From Mobula hypostoma (taxonomy: Eukaryota), in NCBI RefSeq assembly GCF_963921235.1, contig NC_086097.1, positions 122,204,001-122,268,000 of the forward strand: 64,000 bases of DNA. Direction: 5' to 3'. The notes under the pieces are model-generated. The model ran no database searches and had not been told where the DNA came from. It worked only from the letters and a program-made list of their open reading frames with translations. A program made the translations under genes and the position numbers. This document shows positions 11,867 to 25,520 of the stretch, one piece after another (the stretch's first letter is position 1; the number at the start of each line of letters is the position of its first letter).

Positions 11867-14669
11867 CCCAAATAATATGTTAGTTCAATAACAATTGATT
11901 CAAACCACATTGGACACCTGATACGAAACATCTTTAATTCATTCTCTGAGTTCCTATGAGAATCTCTAAACCTCTGCCAACAACTTTGGTTTGCACAAAA
12001 ATATCCACTCAAAATCCTAGGGATTAGCTTCCATGGTTGACCTTGGGGATTCATTCTGATCTCCTCCATTTCAGGGCTAACCTTTAATCAAGGCCTGTGA
12101 AAACAATGTCACTCAGAATAAAATAGATACGTCGGAATTGGCAGTTTCCAGGTCAAAATGTGAAAAATATATAGTGACAGAGTGCCGAATGTATCGTGAT
12201 TAATGTTAGAAGAAATATAAAAGTCGAATCTGAGAGATACAAACTGGAAAAGCTGGAAATTAGCTGTCAGAGTGAGAAATACAATTAGTATTCCGAGTGT
12301 GTGGCTTGAAGTCTGAACTGTTTATATGGAAGTACACAGTTAATAAAAGTGGGAGAAAATTCATAGCACAGGGCAAACCAATAAGCCCTGACTGGAGCTC
12401 CGAATATCTGTGATTTTGTTCTGGGATTCTCCGTGCATTTCCCATTTATCCTGAGCAAGAAACTCTGGATGGAGCAGCCCCCAGCAAAGTGTAATACTTG
12501 CCTAAATTACTTCTGGAATTTTCATTTAAACTGGAGTTGCGACAGAACAGCACAGAAACAGGCCCTTTGATCCATCTAGTCCATGCTGAACTATTAATCG
12601 GCCTTTTCCAATTGCCCTGCACCTGGACCATAGCACTCTATACCCCTCCCATCCATGTACTTATTCAAGATTCTCCTTAAGTGTTGAAATTGAACATGTT
12701 TGCTCCATTTCTCCTGCCAGTTCATTCCACCTTCCCACAGCCCTCTGACTGAAGAAGCCTTCTGTCATGTTGCCTTTAAACATTTCACCTTTCACCCTTA
12801 ATCCATGATCTCTAGTTCTCATTTTACCCAACTTCTAGATTTACGAGAATGATTCAGGCAATTAAGGTGTTGTTCTCCATCCCTATTGGACTGTGCCTTC
12901 TTGCTCACATTGCCTCATCTTATTTTTCCTACCAACACTACATTTTTTCTGCATCAAGGTTACCTGCCACATATCTGCCCATCCCTCCCCACTACAAATC
13001 TATAATTATCTTCCTCACACTTCACTATGCCTTCACTTTCCTTTTTCATCATTTGCAAATTTGGAAATTATTTCAACATACAGTAATCAATTAGCAATCA
13101 CCTAATCTGACCCACAACCAACTTCCTCACACCACCATACCCATCCCAACTCACCTCCCTTCAATAAAGAAGCAGGGACCCCACAAGCCATTCTTACGGG
13201 GAGGGCAGCTACAGAGAGTCAGTAGATTAATTATGAAAAGCTGACGACTGAAGGCATAGAAGCCATTGAACACTAAAGCACAGAAACAGGCCCATTGGCC
13301 CATCTAGTCTGTACCAAAATGTTAATCTGCCTAGACCCAGATACACTCGGACCATGGCCCTGCATGTCCCTATCATCCAAAGACCTATCTAAATTTCTCA
13401 CAATAAAAGTAGATGGAAATATTGGATCTACTTATGGATCTCAGGATGGAGCTGGAAGGACACTGTGCATTTCTAGGAGACTACAAAGTTGCCATCTGAT
13501 TTTTTTTTAGAATCTCTCTATCATTCCACTGCATCAGAGAGCTTGAATTGCATTAATTCCTCCTTTCCCCAGAACCTTCTCCATTTACACAAAACCTGTT
13601 AAAACGTTTTCCATTCCAAATGAAAGCCACTAGCTCAAGTACTATCCCTCTGTCTCTCAAGAGAAGCTGTCAAAGTATTTCTAGTATTTACAGCATCCAT
13701 TTCTGATTCCCAAAATCCTCAAGTATTTTATTTTTGCCTTTGCATCTACATAGAGAGGTTTATTTCTCTTCAGGGGTTAGCTTACACCAGAGCAACTTTG
13801 TCCTTTCCCACCATTCTATTCTTTCTGTACTCAAGGTCTTGATGAGTAACTTCCAATCAAACTCTAAGCATGATGTTAGAACAAAACCTATGGTGCCAAA
13901 ACTGTGGAGGATATGAAGAAAATCAATAGGCAAAGATTACTTTACATTAAGACTGAACTTTCAAACAATCAGGGAAAGTGCAGATGGGTTTGGTAAACTG
14001 GCAACCATTCATACTGATTCAACCACCATGTTTGAAGACAAAATTGATATAGGACAGACACCAATAGGCTTGTTTTACCAACTCACTGACAGAATGGTTG
14101 GGGTTTTTATCTGAACTCCTGACTTACACATCCATTATCTCCCTGACATTGTGAAAACTCTCTTGTCAGTAGAAACAGTTCCGCCAGGTTTAGTAGCTAA
14201 GCCACACATGAAACTAAGGAGCTGGATTTAGTTCCCAGAAGCTCTTTGAGATGTACACCATTAGAAGCATTTAATAGGTAGTGGGAGCTTATCCCCACTA
14301 CTTCCCCCGGCTGGAACAACCTGAAGGAACTTGGTAGGACACTGAAAACTTGTGCCAACCAGCTGGTGTGAATGTTTAAGGACGTCTTTAATCTCTCAAA
14401 GTTCAAAGTTAATTTATTTTCATAGTACATATATGTCACCATATATGCACAACCCTGAGATTCATTTTTTGTGGGCATACTCAATAAATCCAATAGCCAT
14501 AATAGAATCAATGGAAGACTGTACCAACAGGGTGGACAGCCAGTGGGCAAAAGACAACAAACTGTGCAAATACAAAAAGAGCAAAATTCTTTAAAAAAAT
14601 GATAATAATAATAAGTCAATAAGCAATAGATATTGAGATCATGAGGGGAAGAGTCCTTGAAAGTGAGTC

Positions 14670-16378
14670 ACTGCTGCAGTTGGAGCTTCCCAACCGCTTC
14701 AAAAGGGTGAAAATCCTGCCAGTGTCCAAGAAGGGCAGGGTGAGCTGATTGAATGGCTATCGCACAGTGGCTCTCACATCTACTGTGATGAAGTGCTTTT
14801 CAAGGTTGGTCATGGCCAGAATCAACTCCTGCGTTAGAAAGTGCCTGAAACCACTGCAATTTGCCTGTCGCCACAATAGGGCTACAGTGGATGCAGTCTT
14901 ACTGGCTCTCCACTCAGCCATGGATCAGATGGACATTAGCAATACCTATGTCAGGCTTCCAGTTTTTGATTGCAGCTCAGTGTTCGATACCATCATACCC
15001 TCAGTATTAATCAACATCTCCAATCCCTGGGCCTCTGTACCTCTCTCTGCAATTCGATCCTTGACTTCCACACCCAGACACCACAGTGTGCAGATCAGAA
15101 ATAACATCTCCGCCTCACTGATAATCACCAAGGTGCACCTCAAGGATACGTGCTTAGCCCACTGCTCTTTTCTTCCTCTGCACGCACAAATGGCTTGAAA
15201 CAGATCAAATGTAATCTATAAACTTGCAGATGACACAACTATTGTTGGTGGTGAGATAGATCGGTTGGTGGAATGCTGTCGTAATGTCAGCCTTGCACTC
15301 AACGTCAGTAGGACATAAGTTCAAAGTTCAAAGTAAATTTATTATCAAAATACATATATGCCACCTGAGATTCATTTCTTAATGGGCATACACAGTAAAT
15401 ACAAAAAACACAGTAGAATTAATGAATGACCAACAGGACAGACAAACAACCAATATGCAAAAGACAACCAGCTGCAAATAAAAAAGAAAATAATACTGAT
15501 AAATAATGAATAAATATTGAGAACATGAGATGAAGAGACCTTGAAAGTTGGTTCATGGTATGTGGGATCTGTTCAGTGACAGTGCAAGTGAAGTTGAATG
15601 AACTTATCCCCTCTGGTTCAATAACTAGCAACTGTTCCTGAATCTGGTGCTGTGGCACCACCATGAATTGATTGTGGAATTTAGGAAGGAGAATTTGAGG
15701 GATCACACACCAGTCCTCATCAAGATGTCAGCAGAGGAAAGGGAGAGCAGTTTCAAGTTCCTGAGTGTCAACTTCTCCGAAAATCTATCCTAGGCCTAAC
15801 ATTTTGCTGCAACTACAAAGAAAGCACAACAGTGACAAAATGTCACCAGGAGTTGAAGGAGATTTAGTATGCCACTAAAGACTCTCACACATTTCTACAG
15901 TTGTACCATGGAGAGCATACAAACTAGTTGATCACCGTCTGGTATCTGGTATGGGGGGAGGTGCTACACTGGATCAGAAAAAGCTGCAGAAAGTTACAAA
16001 CTTGGTCAGCTCCATCATGGGCACGAGCCTCACCAGCATCGGGGACATCTTCAAAAGACAGAGCCTTAAAAGGTGGCGAACATCATGAAGGACCCCCGTC
16101 ACCATGAAGGAGGAGATACAAGAGCCGAAAGGTACACACTCAGCATTTAAGGAACAGCCTCTACCCCATTGCCATCAGATTTTAGAATGTTTGGAATGGA
16201 CGTTGAACCCATGTGCACTACCTCACTCATTTTTAAAATTTTTTGCTCTCTTTTTGTACAACCTATTTAATACATACACACACATATATATTCCTTATTG
16301 TAATTTATGTTTTTTTTAAAATAATTGTTGCAATGTACTGCTGCAAAACAAAACATATCATGACATATGCCAGTGATA
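14670..16378 (+). mobile_element. Degenerate Rex1/Babar-like LINE RT region with a nested minus-strand LINE 3' end (about 15317-15655)
   Basis: ORF 14749-15198 'YRTVALTSTVMKCFSRLV...PLQFACRHNR' and a KLADD motif near 15220. Confidence 0.8.
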
Positions 16379-16379
16379 A

Positions 16380-16655
16380 TGTAGTGGTTAGCTCAACGCT
16401 TTACAGTAATTACAGGACCAGTGACTAGTTTCAATTTCCACCTCTGCCTGTAAGGAGTTTGTACGTCCTCCCTGTAACCACGTGAGTTTCTTTCCAATGC
16501 TCCGGCTTCCTCCACAGTCCAAAGACATGCCAGTTGATAGGTTAATTGGTCATTGTAAATTGTCCCACGATTAGGCTAGGATTAAATTGGGGGAGTGCTG
16601 GGCGATACGACTTGAAGAGCCAGACGAGCCTATTCCGTGCTGTATCTCAAAAGAA
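16380..16655 (+). mobile_element. tRNA-derived SINE with V-domain-like core and CR1-like 3' tail (HE1/V-SINE type)
   Basis: A-box-like gtagtggttag, core gtttgtacgtcctccc...tgctccggcttcctccacagtccaaagac, and tail gagcctattccgtgctgtatctc. Confidence 0.7.
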
Positions 16656-17521
16656 ATGAATATTAAATCCGATTCTGATTCTAATTATAATTCTTCTGAG
16701 GCTACTAAATCATGTAAAAAATGTGAAAGCTCTCAGATATTTTGGGAACAATGAACTATGTACCTTAACTAAATGAATTCAGAAATGTATAAAAAACTTG
16801 AAGCTTGTTCTTCTCCATTGAAGACCTGCTGAAAAACTGAGCAGGGAGGGTTTCCACTGCTGAACTCCATGTGGAGGTCAACATCTCAGAAAGACTTCCT
16901 GTGATTTTTTTTTTGTAGATGCTGGAAATCCTGAGCAACACAGAAAAAATACTGGAGGAATTAAGCAAATCAGACAGAACCTATGGGCAGGAGATAAACA
17001 GTTGATGTTTATACCCCTCCACAGATACTGCCCGGCTTGCTGAAATCTTCCAGTGTTTTGTGTATGTTGCTCACTCAGACTTACATTGATGATTACACTT
17101 CAAGAGGTTAGATCTTCTGCTTTGTGTTATTCTGTCTCAAGTTGTTTCTGATTGTCAATCTGACTCTCCACCCCAAAAGGAAATGCATGTACCAGCTGCT
17201 TCGCATTCCCATTTAAGTTGCACATTATTCTGCGCTTGACAAAATGTTGTCCTTCCTTCATCATTGCTAAGTCAAAATCATGGAACTCCCTGTCCAGCAC
17301 CAATAGGAAGACAGAGACAGCAGCAGATCACAAATGTGGCATCTTCACTGTTAGAGATAGGCTGCAAATGCTGAGCGTGTTAGCAATTCCTATGGAAATA
17401 AAAAAATCTGTAATTTATGCTAATTGGAGAATGCATCCAGCTTGACTTACATTGAAGCTATAGGTCCAAATGAACCAATTAGAACTACCACAGTGCAGAA
17501 GGACTACAGAATACTTCATAA

Positions 17522-18010
17522 CGCATTAAAGTTGCTGGTGAACGCAGCAGGCCAGGCAGCATCTCTAGGAAGAGGTACAGTCGACGTTTCGGGCCGAGAC
17601 GCTTCATTAGGACTAACTGAAAGAAGAGCTAGTAAGAGATTTGAAAGTGGGAGGGGGGGGGAGATCCAAAATGATAGGAGAAGACAGGAGGGGGAGGGAT
17701 GGAGCCAAGAGCTGGACAGGTGATTGGCAAAAGGGATATGAGAGGATCATGGGACAGGAGGCCCAGGGACAAAGAAAGGAGGGGGGGAACCCAGAGGATG
17801 GGCAAGGGGTATAGTCAGAGGGACAGAGGGAGAAAAAGGAGAGAGAGAGAGAAAGAATGTGTGTATATAAATAAATAACGGATGGGGTACGAGGGGGAGG
17901 TGGGGCATTAGCAGAAGTTTGAGAAGTCAATGTTCATGCCATCAGGTTGGAGGCAATTTTGATGTGTGTTGCTTCAATTTCCAGCATCTGCAGAATTCCT
18001 CGTGTTTGCG
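17522..18010 (-). mobile_element. Short Penelope-like element (pLTR, GIY-YIG C-terminal stub and inverted tail) with 14-bp TSD
   Basis: Closely similar to 52508-52945. Flanked by AGAATACTTCATAA (17508-17521) and AGAATACTGCATAA (18011-18024). Confidence 0.88.
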
Positions 18011-19778
18011 AGAATACTGCATAAATTTGTCATCACGATATACTAGGACAAGTGAAACTCAGCCTGAAACTTTTCTTGTTGTTGCCAACAGAATGGAGAT
18101 ACAGGGGTCTTAGGTCCCAAAGATTCAGGAACAGTTGTTAACCTACAACCATGAGCCTCCTGAACCACTGTGGATAGTTTCACTCGTCTCGACTCTGAAC
18201 TGATTCGACAACCTATGGGCTCACTTTCAAGGACTCGACAACACACGTTTCCAATATTCATATATGTACGTATGCATTTACTTTATTTATTTATTGTGCA
18301 ATTTGTCTTCTTTTGCATGTTGGCTGTTGGCCTTTGTGTGCAGTTTTTTTTATTGATTCTATGGTATTTTTTCTATTTTTCTGTGAATGCCTGCAAGGAA
18401 ATGAATATCAAGGAGCTATATGGTGAATAGATTTGATAATAAATTTACTTTGAACTTTGAACTCGGAAATTGTCTGTATAAACAAAACACTATAGGGATG
18501 CATTAAGAAAGTAATGTTTTTTGGCTAAAGGGACTTGCAAATGCATTTCATCATGAAGAATGGAAATAGGAGTTGTTGCCACACTAGAGTAGTCACCAAA
18601 GTGACATTGCTGAGTAGGCTGAACCTTGGCCTGGTTTGTATTCTACCTTGTGTAAATGGTTACGAACATCTGACTTATGAATATTTCTGCATTCCAATGA
18701 GCTCCTGTAACATTATTAAATTCAAAAGTCCAAAGTACATGTGCACATTAATTCCCAATAACCGCAGAACTAGCTGCCCCCCCCGCCGCCTCCATCCACA
18801 TTTAGTCATTGTACTTTCTATCAGCCTTTTGTGTTTTCAGTATTATCCGTTACAATACTGTGGAGGTATTTTCCAACGCATGGACAAAAGCGGTTTACAG
18901 ACGGCTAGACAAACAGAACACGCTTGTTACCAGGGGATGTCCTGTATCTCGACTTTTGAATGACTTGAAGAAAATGTGCTGGCAGATAATGGGCTCATAT
19001 TCTGATATTGTGTCATATTCCGATCTCTCAATCGGCCAAAGATGCTACCTAAGTTTCTGAAAATTTTAAAGATTTACAAGGTGCATGTTGCCAAATATAT
19101 CTTGATTGATTGCATTTGGTAAGTCATCTGTTAACCTTTGAAACATATGGGATTCTGCAGAAGCTGGAAAGCAGCATATCACACACAAAACACGAAACAC
19201 TAAGAAACTCCAAGGAACACCTGCTAGGTTCTGCTAGGTTCCTCCAGCATCTTATCTGTTGAATTTTGACTGCTAGCCAGTCAGCTTATTGCAGTAATAA
19301 TCCTTTTCTCATTGCTAACATTGCCATTGTCATGATATAATGGTTGCAAAGTGTAATGAGAAAATTGTTCAGACTATCGGCTCTAACAGTGGAAATATGC
19401 CTCGTGGAGTTGGATGTGGAAAGGCCATAAGACACAGGAGCAGAATTAGGGCATTCTGAAGAAAGCTGATGTGAATGCAACTCTTCCTCCATGAGATACT
19501 CTATCCATCCACACAGTACAATGTCACCATCTAGTCCAATATACTAACCTGATCTATTCATGAACTTCAATGAAGGGATAATGCTGCATAGATTAAGAAG
19601 TAATTTTAAGATTAAGATATAATTAAGATTAATTATGGAGTATATTTATTGCTTATAACCACCTTGGCCACAAACCATTTTATACAAGTGAATTGTAAAT
19701 TTAAAATAATAAACATGAGTTTTAGTTTACTTACAGTTTGAATACAAAATTTCATCTTTCATATGAATCCTATTGATA

Positions 19779-20331
19779 CACTCAGTGGCCACCTCCTGTA
19801 CAGCTGCTTATCACTGCAAATATCTCATCAGCCAATCATATGGCAGCAACTTAATCCATTAAAGAATACAGACATGGTCAAGAGGTTCTGTTGTTGTTCA
19901 GACCAAATATCACAATGGGAAAGAAATGTGATCTAAGTGGCTCTGACCGTGGAATGATTGTTGATGCCAGATGGGAAGGGTTTGAGTATCTCAGCAACTG
20001 CTAACATCCTGCGATTTTCAGGCACAACAGTCTTTAGTGATTACAGAGAATGGTGCAAAAGAAACACATCCAGTAAGCAGCAGGTGTGAGGGCAAAAATG
20101 CCTTGTTAGTGAGAGAAATTAGAGGACGGCCAGACTAGTTCACACCGACAGGAAGGTAATGGTAACATTATTAACCACACATTACAACAGTAGTTTGCAG
20201 AAAAGCATCACCCAATGCACAGCTTGTTGAACATTGAAGAGGATGGGCTACAGCAGCAGAAGACCATGAACATACATTCAGTGACCACTTTATGAGATAC
20301 AGGAGGTATCTAATGAAGTGACCATTGAGGG
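19779..20331 (+). mobile_element. Tc1-like non-autonomous element
   Basis: TA|CACTCAGTGGCCAC left end, MGKKCDLS...MGYSSRRP remnants, and a TA-flanked right TIR. Confidence 0.85.
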
Positions 20332-21387
20332 TACTTCATTCTCTGTAAAATATTTTAAATGTCTCTCAGGAAAAGAACCTCTTGACCTGCTGTGAGAATT
20401 ATTCATTGTGATTGGATCTCAGCTCCCTTGAAGTATTATAATTATATTATATATTATATACTAGTGAACTAAGGGGAATGCTCATCAAACCGGGAGAAAG
20501 GAAATTCATGTCACAGATATTACTCGATCGTTTGGGCAGTGTCTTTCAAAGTCAGTGGGTTCACTTCACAGTACCATACTAATTCCAGGTCAATATAGGG
20601 ACAGAGGTCTGCACGATAAAGAAACGTGTTCTTCCAGCCAGCTACTCCATGCCCCTATGATGCCTATCTACACTAATCCCAGTAGTCTGCTTTTGACCTG
20701 TATCTCTCTACCCACTTCTTATTTACGTACTTGTCCAAATGCCATTTAAGTGAGGTAATTGTACCCCTACCTCCATCCTCTGTGTGGAAATATTTGGGCT
20801 CCTCACATCTGCTTTAAATTTCTACCTTCTCACATTAAGTTATGCCCCTCTGGTTTTAGACCCCGTCTACCATGGGAAAAATACTCTATCTCTCCGATCT
20901 ATGCATCTCATAAATGTACAGTCTTCAATAAGTCAATCCATATGAAGGCTAACATGTCAAACGCCCAGTGTCAATTTTTGCAGTGATTTTAGCTTCTATA
21001 TTAACCAGCAAAATATTTGACTGCCTAAACCTGCCAGTTAGATTTCAGAATCAGAATCAGATTATTATTACTGATATATGTCGTGAGATTTGTTGTTTTG
21101 CTGTAGCAGTGCAGTACAATACATAAAATATACTGTTAAATACTATTTACATATATTATATTATTCAGTAGTGCAAAAAGAAAACAAAAATAGTGAGGTA
21201 GTGTTCACGGGTTCATGGACTGTTCAGGAATCTCTTGGCAGGGGGAAAATGCCTTTCCAAAATTGTTGAGTGTGTGTCTTCGGCCTTCTGTACCTCAGCT
21301 CTGGTGGGAGGAAAGAGAACAGGACATGTCCTGGGAGGTGTGAGTCCTTCATGATGGATGCTGCCTTTTTGAAGATGTCCTTCAAAG

Positions 21388-23172
21388 GTGGAGCCACCCA
21401 CAGCTCCAATCTGCTAATTAAATTTGCTGATGATACTACACTGATTGGCCTAATCTCAAATAATAATGAGGCAGCCCACAAAGAAGAAGTCATCACCCTG
21501 ACACAGTGGTGTCAAGAAAACAAACTCTCTCTCAATGTCACAAAAACAAAGGAGCTGGTTGTAGACTACATGAGGAATGGAGACAGGCTAACTCCTATTT
21601 GTGTCAATGGATCTGGGGTTGAGAAAGGTTAACAGCTTTAAGTTCCTCGGCATAAACATCACCGAAGATCTCACGTGGTCTGTACCTACCGGCAGTGTGG
21701 TGAAAAAGGTACAACAGCACCTCTTTCACCTCAGACGGTTGAAAAAGATTGGTATGGGCCCCCAAATCCTAAGAAATTTCTCCAGGGGCAGAATGGAGAG
21801 CGTTCTGACTGGTGCCTCACTGCCTGGTATGGGAACTGCACTTCTCTCAATCGCAGGACTCTGCAAAGAGTGGTCCGGACAGCTCAGCGCACCCGTAGAT
21901 GTGAACTTCCCACTATTCAGGATATTTACAAAGATCGGTGTGTAAAAAGGGCCCGAAGGAACTTTGGGGACTCAAGTCACCCCAACCACAAACTGTTCCA
22001 GCTGCTACCATCCGGGAAAAGATAACGCAGCATAAAGGGCAGAACCAACAGACTCTGAGACAGCTTCTTCCACCAGGCTGTCAGACTTTCTCTTCACCAT
22101 TTACACCTCAGACTTCAACTACTGCACAGAGTCGTGTCATCTTCAGAAGCTTTCTGATGACTCTGCCATAGTTGGATGCATCAGCAAGGGAGATGAGGCT
22201 GAGTACAGGGCAACGGGTGGAAACTTTGTCACATTGTGTGAGCAGCTTAATGTGAAAAAGACTAAGGAGCTGGTGGTAGACCTGAGGAGAGTTAAGGCAT
22301 CAGTGACCCCTGTTTCCATCCAGGGGGTCAGTGTGGACATGTTGGAGGATTACAAATACCTGGGGATACGAATTGACAATAAACTGGACTGGTCAAAGAA
22401 CACTGAGGCTGTCTGCAAGAAGGGTCGGAGCTGTCTCTATTTTCTGAGGAGACTGAGGTTCTTTAACATCTGCTGGACGATGCTGAGGATGTTCTATGAG
22501 TCCGTGGTGGCCAGTGCGATCATGTTTGCTGTTGTGTGCTGGGGCAGCAACTGAGGGTAGCAGACCCCAACAGAATCAACAAACTCATTCGTAAGGCCAG
22601 TGATGTTGTGGGGATGGAACTGGACTTTCTCACGGTGGTGTCTGAAAAGAGGATGCTGTCCAAGTTATATGCCATCTTGGACAATGCCTCCAATCCACTA
22701 CATAATGTACTGGTTGGGCACAGGAGTACATTCAGCCAGAGACTCATTCCACCGAGATGCAACACAGAGCGTCATAGGAAGTCATTCCTGCCTGTGGCCA
22801 TCAAACTTTACAACTCCTCCCTTGGAGGGTCAGACACCCTGAGCCAATAGGCTGGTCCTGGACTTATTTCATAATTTACTGGCATAATTTACATATTACT
22901 ATTTAACTATTTATGGTTTTATTACTATTTAATTATTTATGGTGCAACTGTAACGAAAACCATTTTCCCCTGGGATCAATAAAGTATGACTATGACTATG
23001 ATTAATTCACGCTGATTCAATTGTATTTCTATATTGACTGTCCTGTCGTACATACCATTTATTAAAAATTACTATAAATTGCACATTGCACATTTAGATG
23101 GAGACCTAACGTAAAGATTTTTACTCCTCATGTATATGAAGGACGTAAGGAATAAAGTCAATTCAATTCAAT
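21388..23172 (+). mobile_element. Rex1-like LINE (KFADD region to 3' UTR, (TTCAA)n tail) interrupted by a second Rex1-family element
   Basis: 'LLIKFADDTTLIGLI', 'LNVTKTKELVVD', 'AWYGNC'. The 3' UTR resumes at about 23001 and ends aataaagtcaattcaattcaa. Confidence 0.85.
22087..23000 (+). mobile_element. Rex1/Babar-like LINE subfamily B, 5'-truncated, (CTATGA)n tail
   Basis: 'QKLSDDSAIVGCI', 'YKYLGIRIDNKLDW', 'RKSFLPVAIKLYN'. Highly similar to 39295-39875. Confidence 0.88.
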
Positions 23173-23282
23173 TTACTTCCAACTGAAGGAAATCATAGTG
23201 AAATACAGAGGAACAGTCTTTCCACTATAGATCAAAACCTGAGACCTTCTCCTTTACTAGGCTGCTTCTTCCTGGCCTCACA

Positions 23283-23987
23283 TGTAACTATCCGTTACAT
23301 TGACTCATGTATGTCTAGGGGGAATCCTGCCCCGCAACTGCTTCAACACTCCCCTCAGGGTCAGTTGCAACCCGAATCAATCCCAAACATCAATCATCAG
23401 CCAGCACACCCAGTAAATTTTAACAAATACACTTTATAGATATTACTAATTCTATGACATTAATATGAATTTGATACAGAGAGGAAAGTAATGAAAAAAA
23501 AGGCGCCAACACTTATCAAAGTCCAAGTTCTTCGCGCGCTACCTTTGGAGCTTAATCGATTCCTGACAACCACCCGAATCCTGTCGACTCACGGCTCGGG
23601 ACCACCCGAAGTGATCGACCGAAGCCTTTCCGCACGTCCACGGTCCTCCCCGTCTCTCCTCCGACTCCCTGTCAAAAACCCCCGCACGTCCACCGTCCTC
23701 CTCGTCTCTCCTCCGACTCCCCGTCAAAACCCCATCCACCATCCTCCTCGTCTCTCCTCCGACTCCTCGTCAAAACTCAGTCCACAGTCATATCATACAG
23801 CATGGTATCCGAAAACAAAATGATACATAACCACCCATTGGCTAATAGAATGCTGCTATCTCAATTTAAAGTAAAACAAACTGCTAGCACAAACTCTCTT
23901 CAGCGTTTAACACAACAAAGCCGCATTCCCCAGATTAACAGAACAAAGTCGCCATTTTAACTCTAACAAAAAGAAAGACCCTGTACA
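23283..23987 (-). mobile_element. Solo LTR (705 bp) with perfect 4-bp TSD CACA
   Basis: TGTAAC...TGTACA termini, with CACA at 23279-23282 and 23988-23991. CpG-rich. Its reverse complement shares the AGCTCCAA motif and terminal CCCTAGAC with the LTRs at 6299 and 57054. Confidence 0.88.
23630..23780. repeat. Three tandem units of about 45-51 bp inside the LTR
   Basis: The core tcctc(c/t)cgtctctcctccgactcc..gtcaaaa is repeated three times. Confidence 0.9.
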
Positions 23988-24973
23988 CACATAAAAATAA
24001 AAAAAAGATAAGTTAGAATGTTGGTGGACAGCTTTGTATTTCCAGCTAGTGTTCAAATAAATTTTGGATTATAACGATTGGATCTTGATGCTTTTGCGAT
24101 CCAAAGGTTTTTCAAAACTCAAGAATGGGGAATATATCTTGTTGCTTACAGCTGTTTATTAAATGTTACAGGAGTGGAAAATGAACAGGGAAAAGGATCC
24201 CAGAGATCAAAGAAAATGCTTCTAATACTCAGACTCGGGATAACAGAAATTCCAGTGCGAACAGTCAACCTATAAAATAGTAGGATTCAAGTAGCATGAC
24301 ACCTGCTACTGAAAACTAAGATGTTTCTAGAAAAACACAGAAGCAACAATACTGCATTTACTGGAAAACTCACTGAACATTTACATGTATGTAGGTGATT
24401 ATATAGAAATCCAAGGAAGCGTAAGAAAGTTAAACTTCAAGAAAAAAAACTATTCTACACCCCAGTCCAACATAACCATCTAAGTTTGCTTATGGAAAGG
24501 GCCTGAGGTCAGTGCAAGTGAGGAGACATTAATGGTTAATTCATCTGCTTTTGACTCAGATGCTACAGAGTTGATCTTGGGCATTCACTCTGCAAGTTGT
24601 TTTGCAACCTATCTGTTCTCTTTACTTTTGAAGCTGATGGAAATCGGGCTGTGCGTAAAGTGGCGTGTGATTTGCTTTTGCTCAACATACTTGCCTGCCC
24701 AAAATCAATACTACCTCTGTCTATTTAGCAATTAAACCATGCAGTCTTCAGGATCAATCGCATGTAACTTGCGTGGAATTATTCAAAGGAGAATCGACAT
24801 AACCTTGAAGCAAACAACACTAGCAGTTAACTATTATTCTTTACCCCATTTCCTACAATTTTCCACTGGTCTACAGTTGCAGAAATTAACCCTATGCTAC
24901 TGCTTATGATGTGATATCAACTTCTTTGCTCTATTTTTGTCTTATGATTAAATGATCAGTGTCCTTGAACCTA

Positions 24974-25520
24974 CACTCAGCGATCACTCTATCAGGTACA
25001 CCTGTACACCTGCTCCTTAATGCAAATATCTAATCAGCCAATCATGTGACAGCAACTCAATGCATAAAAGCATGCAGATGTGGTAATGAAGTTCAGTTGT
25101 TGCTCAGACCAAACATCAGAATGGGAAAGAAATGTGATCTATGTGACTTTGACGGTGGAATGATTGTTGGTGCCAAATAAGGTAGTTTGACTATCTCAGA
25201 AACTAGTGATCTTATGGAATTTTCATGCACAAAGGCTTCTCGAGTTTACACAGAATGGTGCAAAAACGAAAAAAAAAATCCAGTGAGCAGCAGTTCTGTG
25301 GACAAAAATGCCTTGTTAATGAGAGAGGTCAGAGGCGAATGGCCAGACTGGTTCAAGCTGACAGGAAAGCGACAGGAACTCAAGTAACCATGTGTGACAA
25401 CAGTGGTGTGCAGAAAAGCATCCCCTGATGGGCTACAGCAGGCAGAAGACCATGAAAATACACTCAATGGCCACTTTATTAGGTTGTACAGGAGGTACCT
25501 AATAAAGTGACTACTAAGTG
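24974..25520 (+). mobile_element. Tc1-like non-autonomous element
   Basis: TA|CACTCAGCG ... CTAAGTG|TA ends and the transposase HTH remnant 'CLVNERGQRRMARLVQADRKAT'. Confidence 0.88.

Noticed and set aside
23630..23780. Regularly spaced repeats resembling a CRISPR array
   Set aside because: These are head-to-tail tandem units with no unique spacers, in a eukaryotic LTR context with no cas genes.
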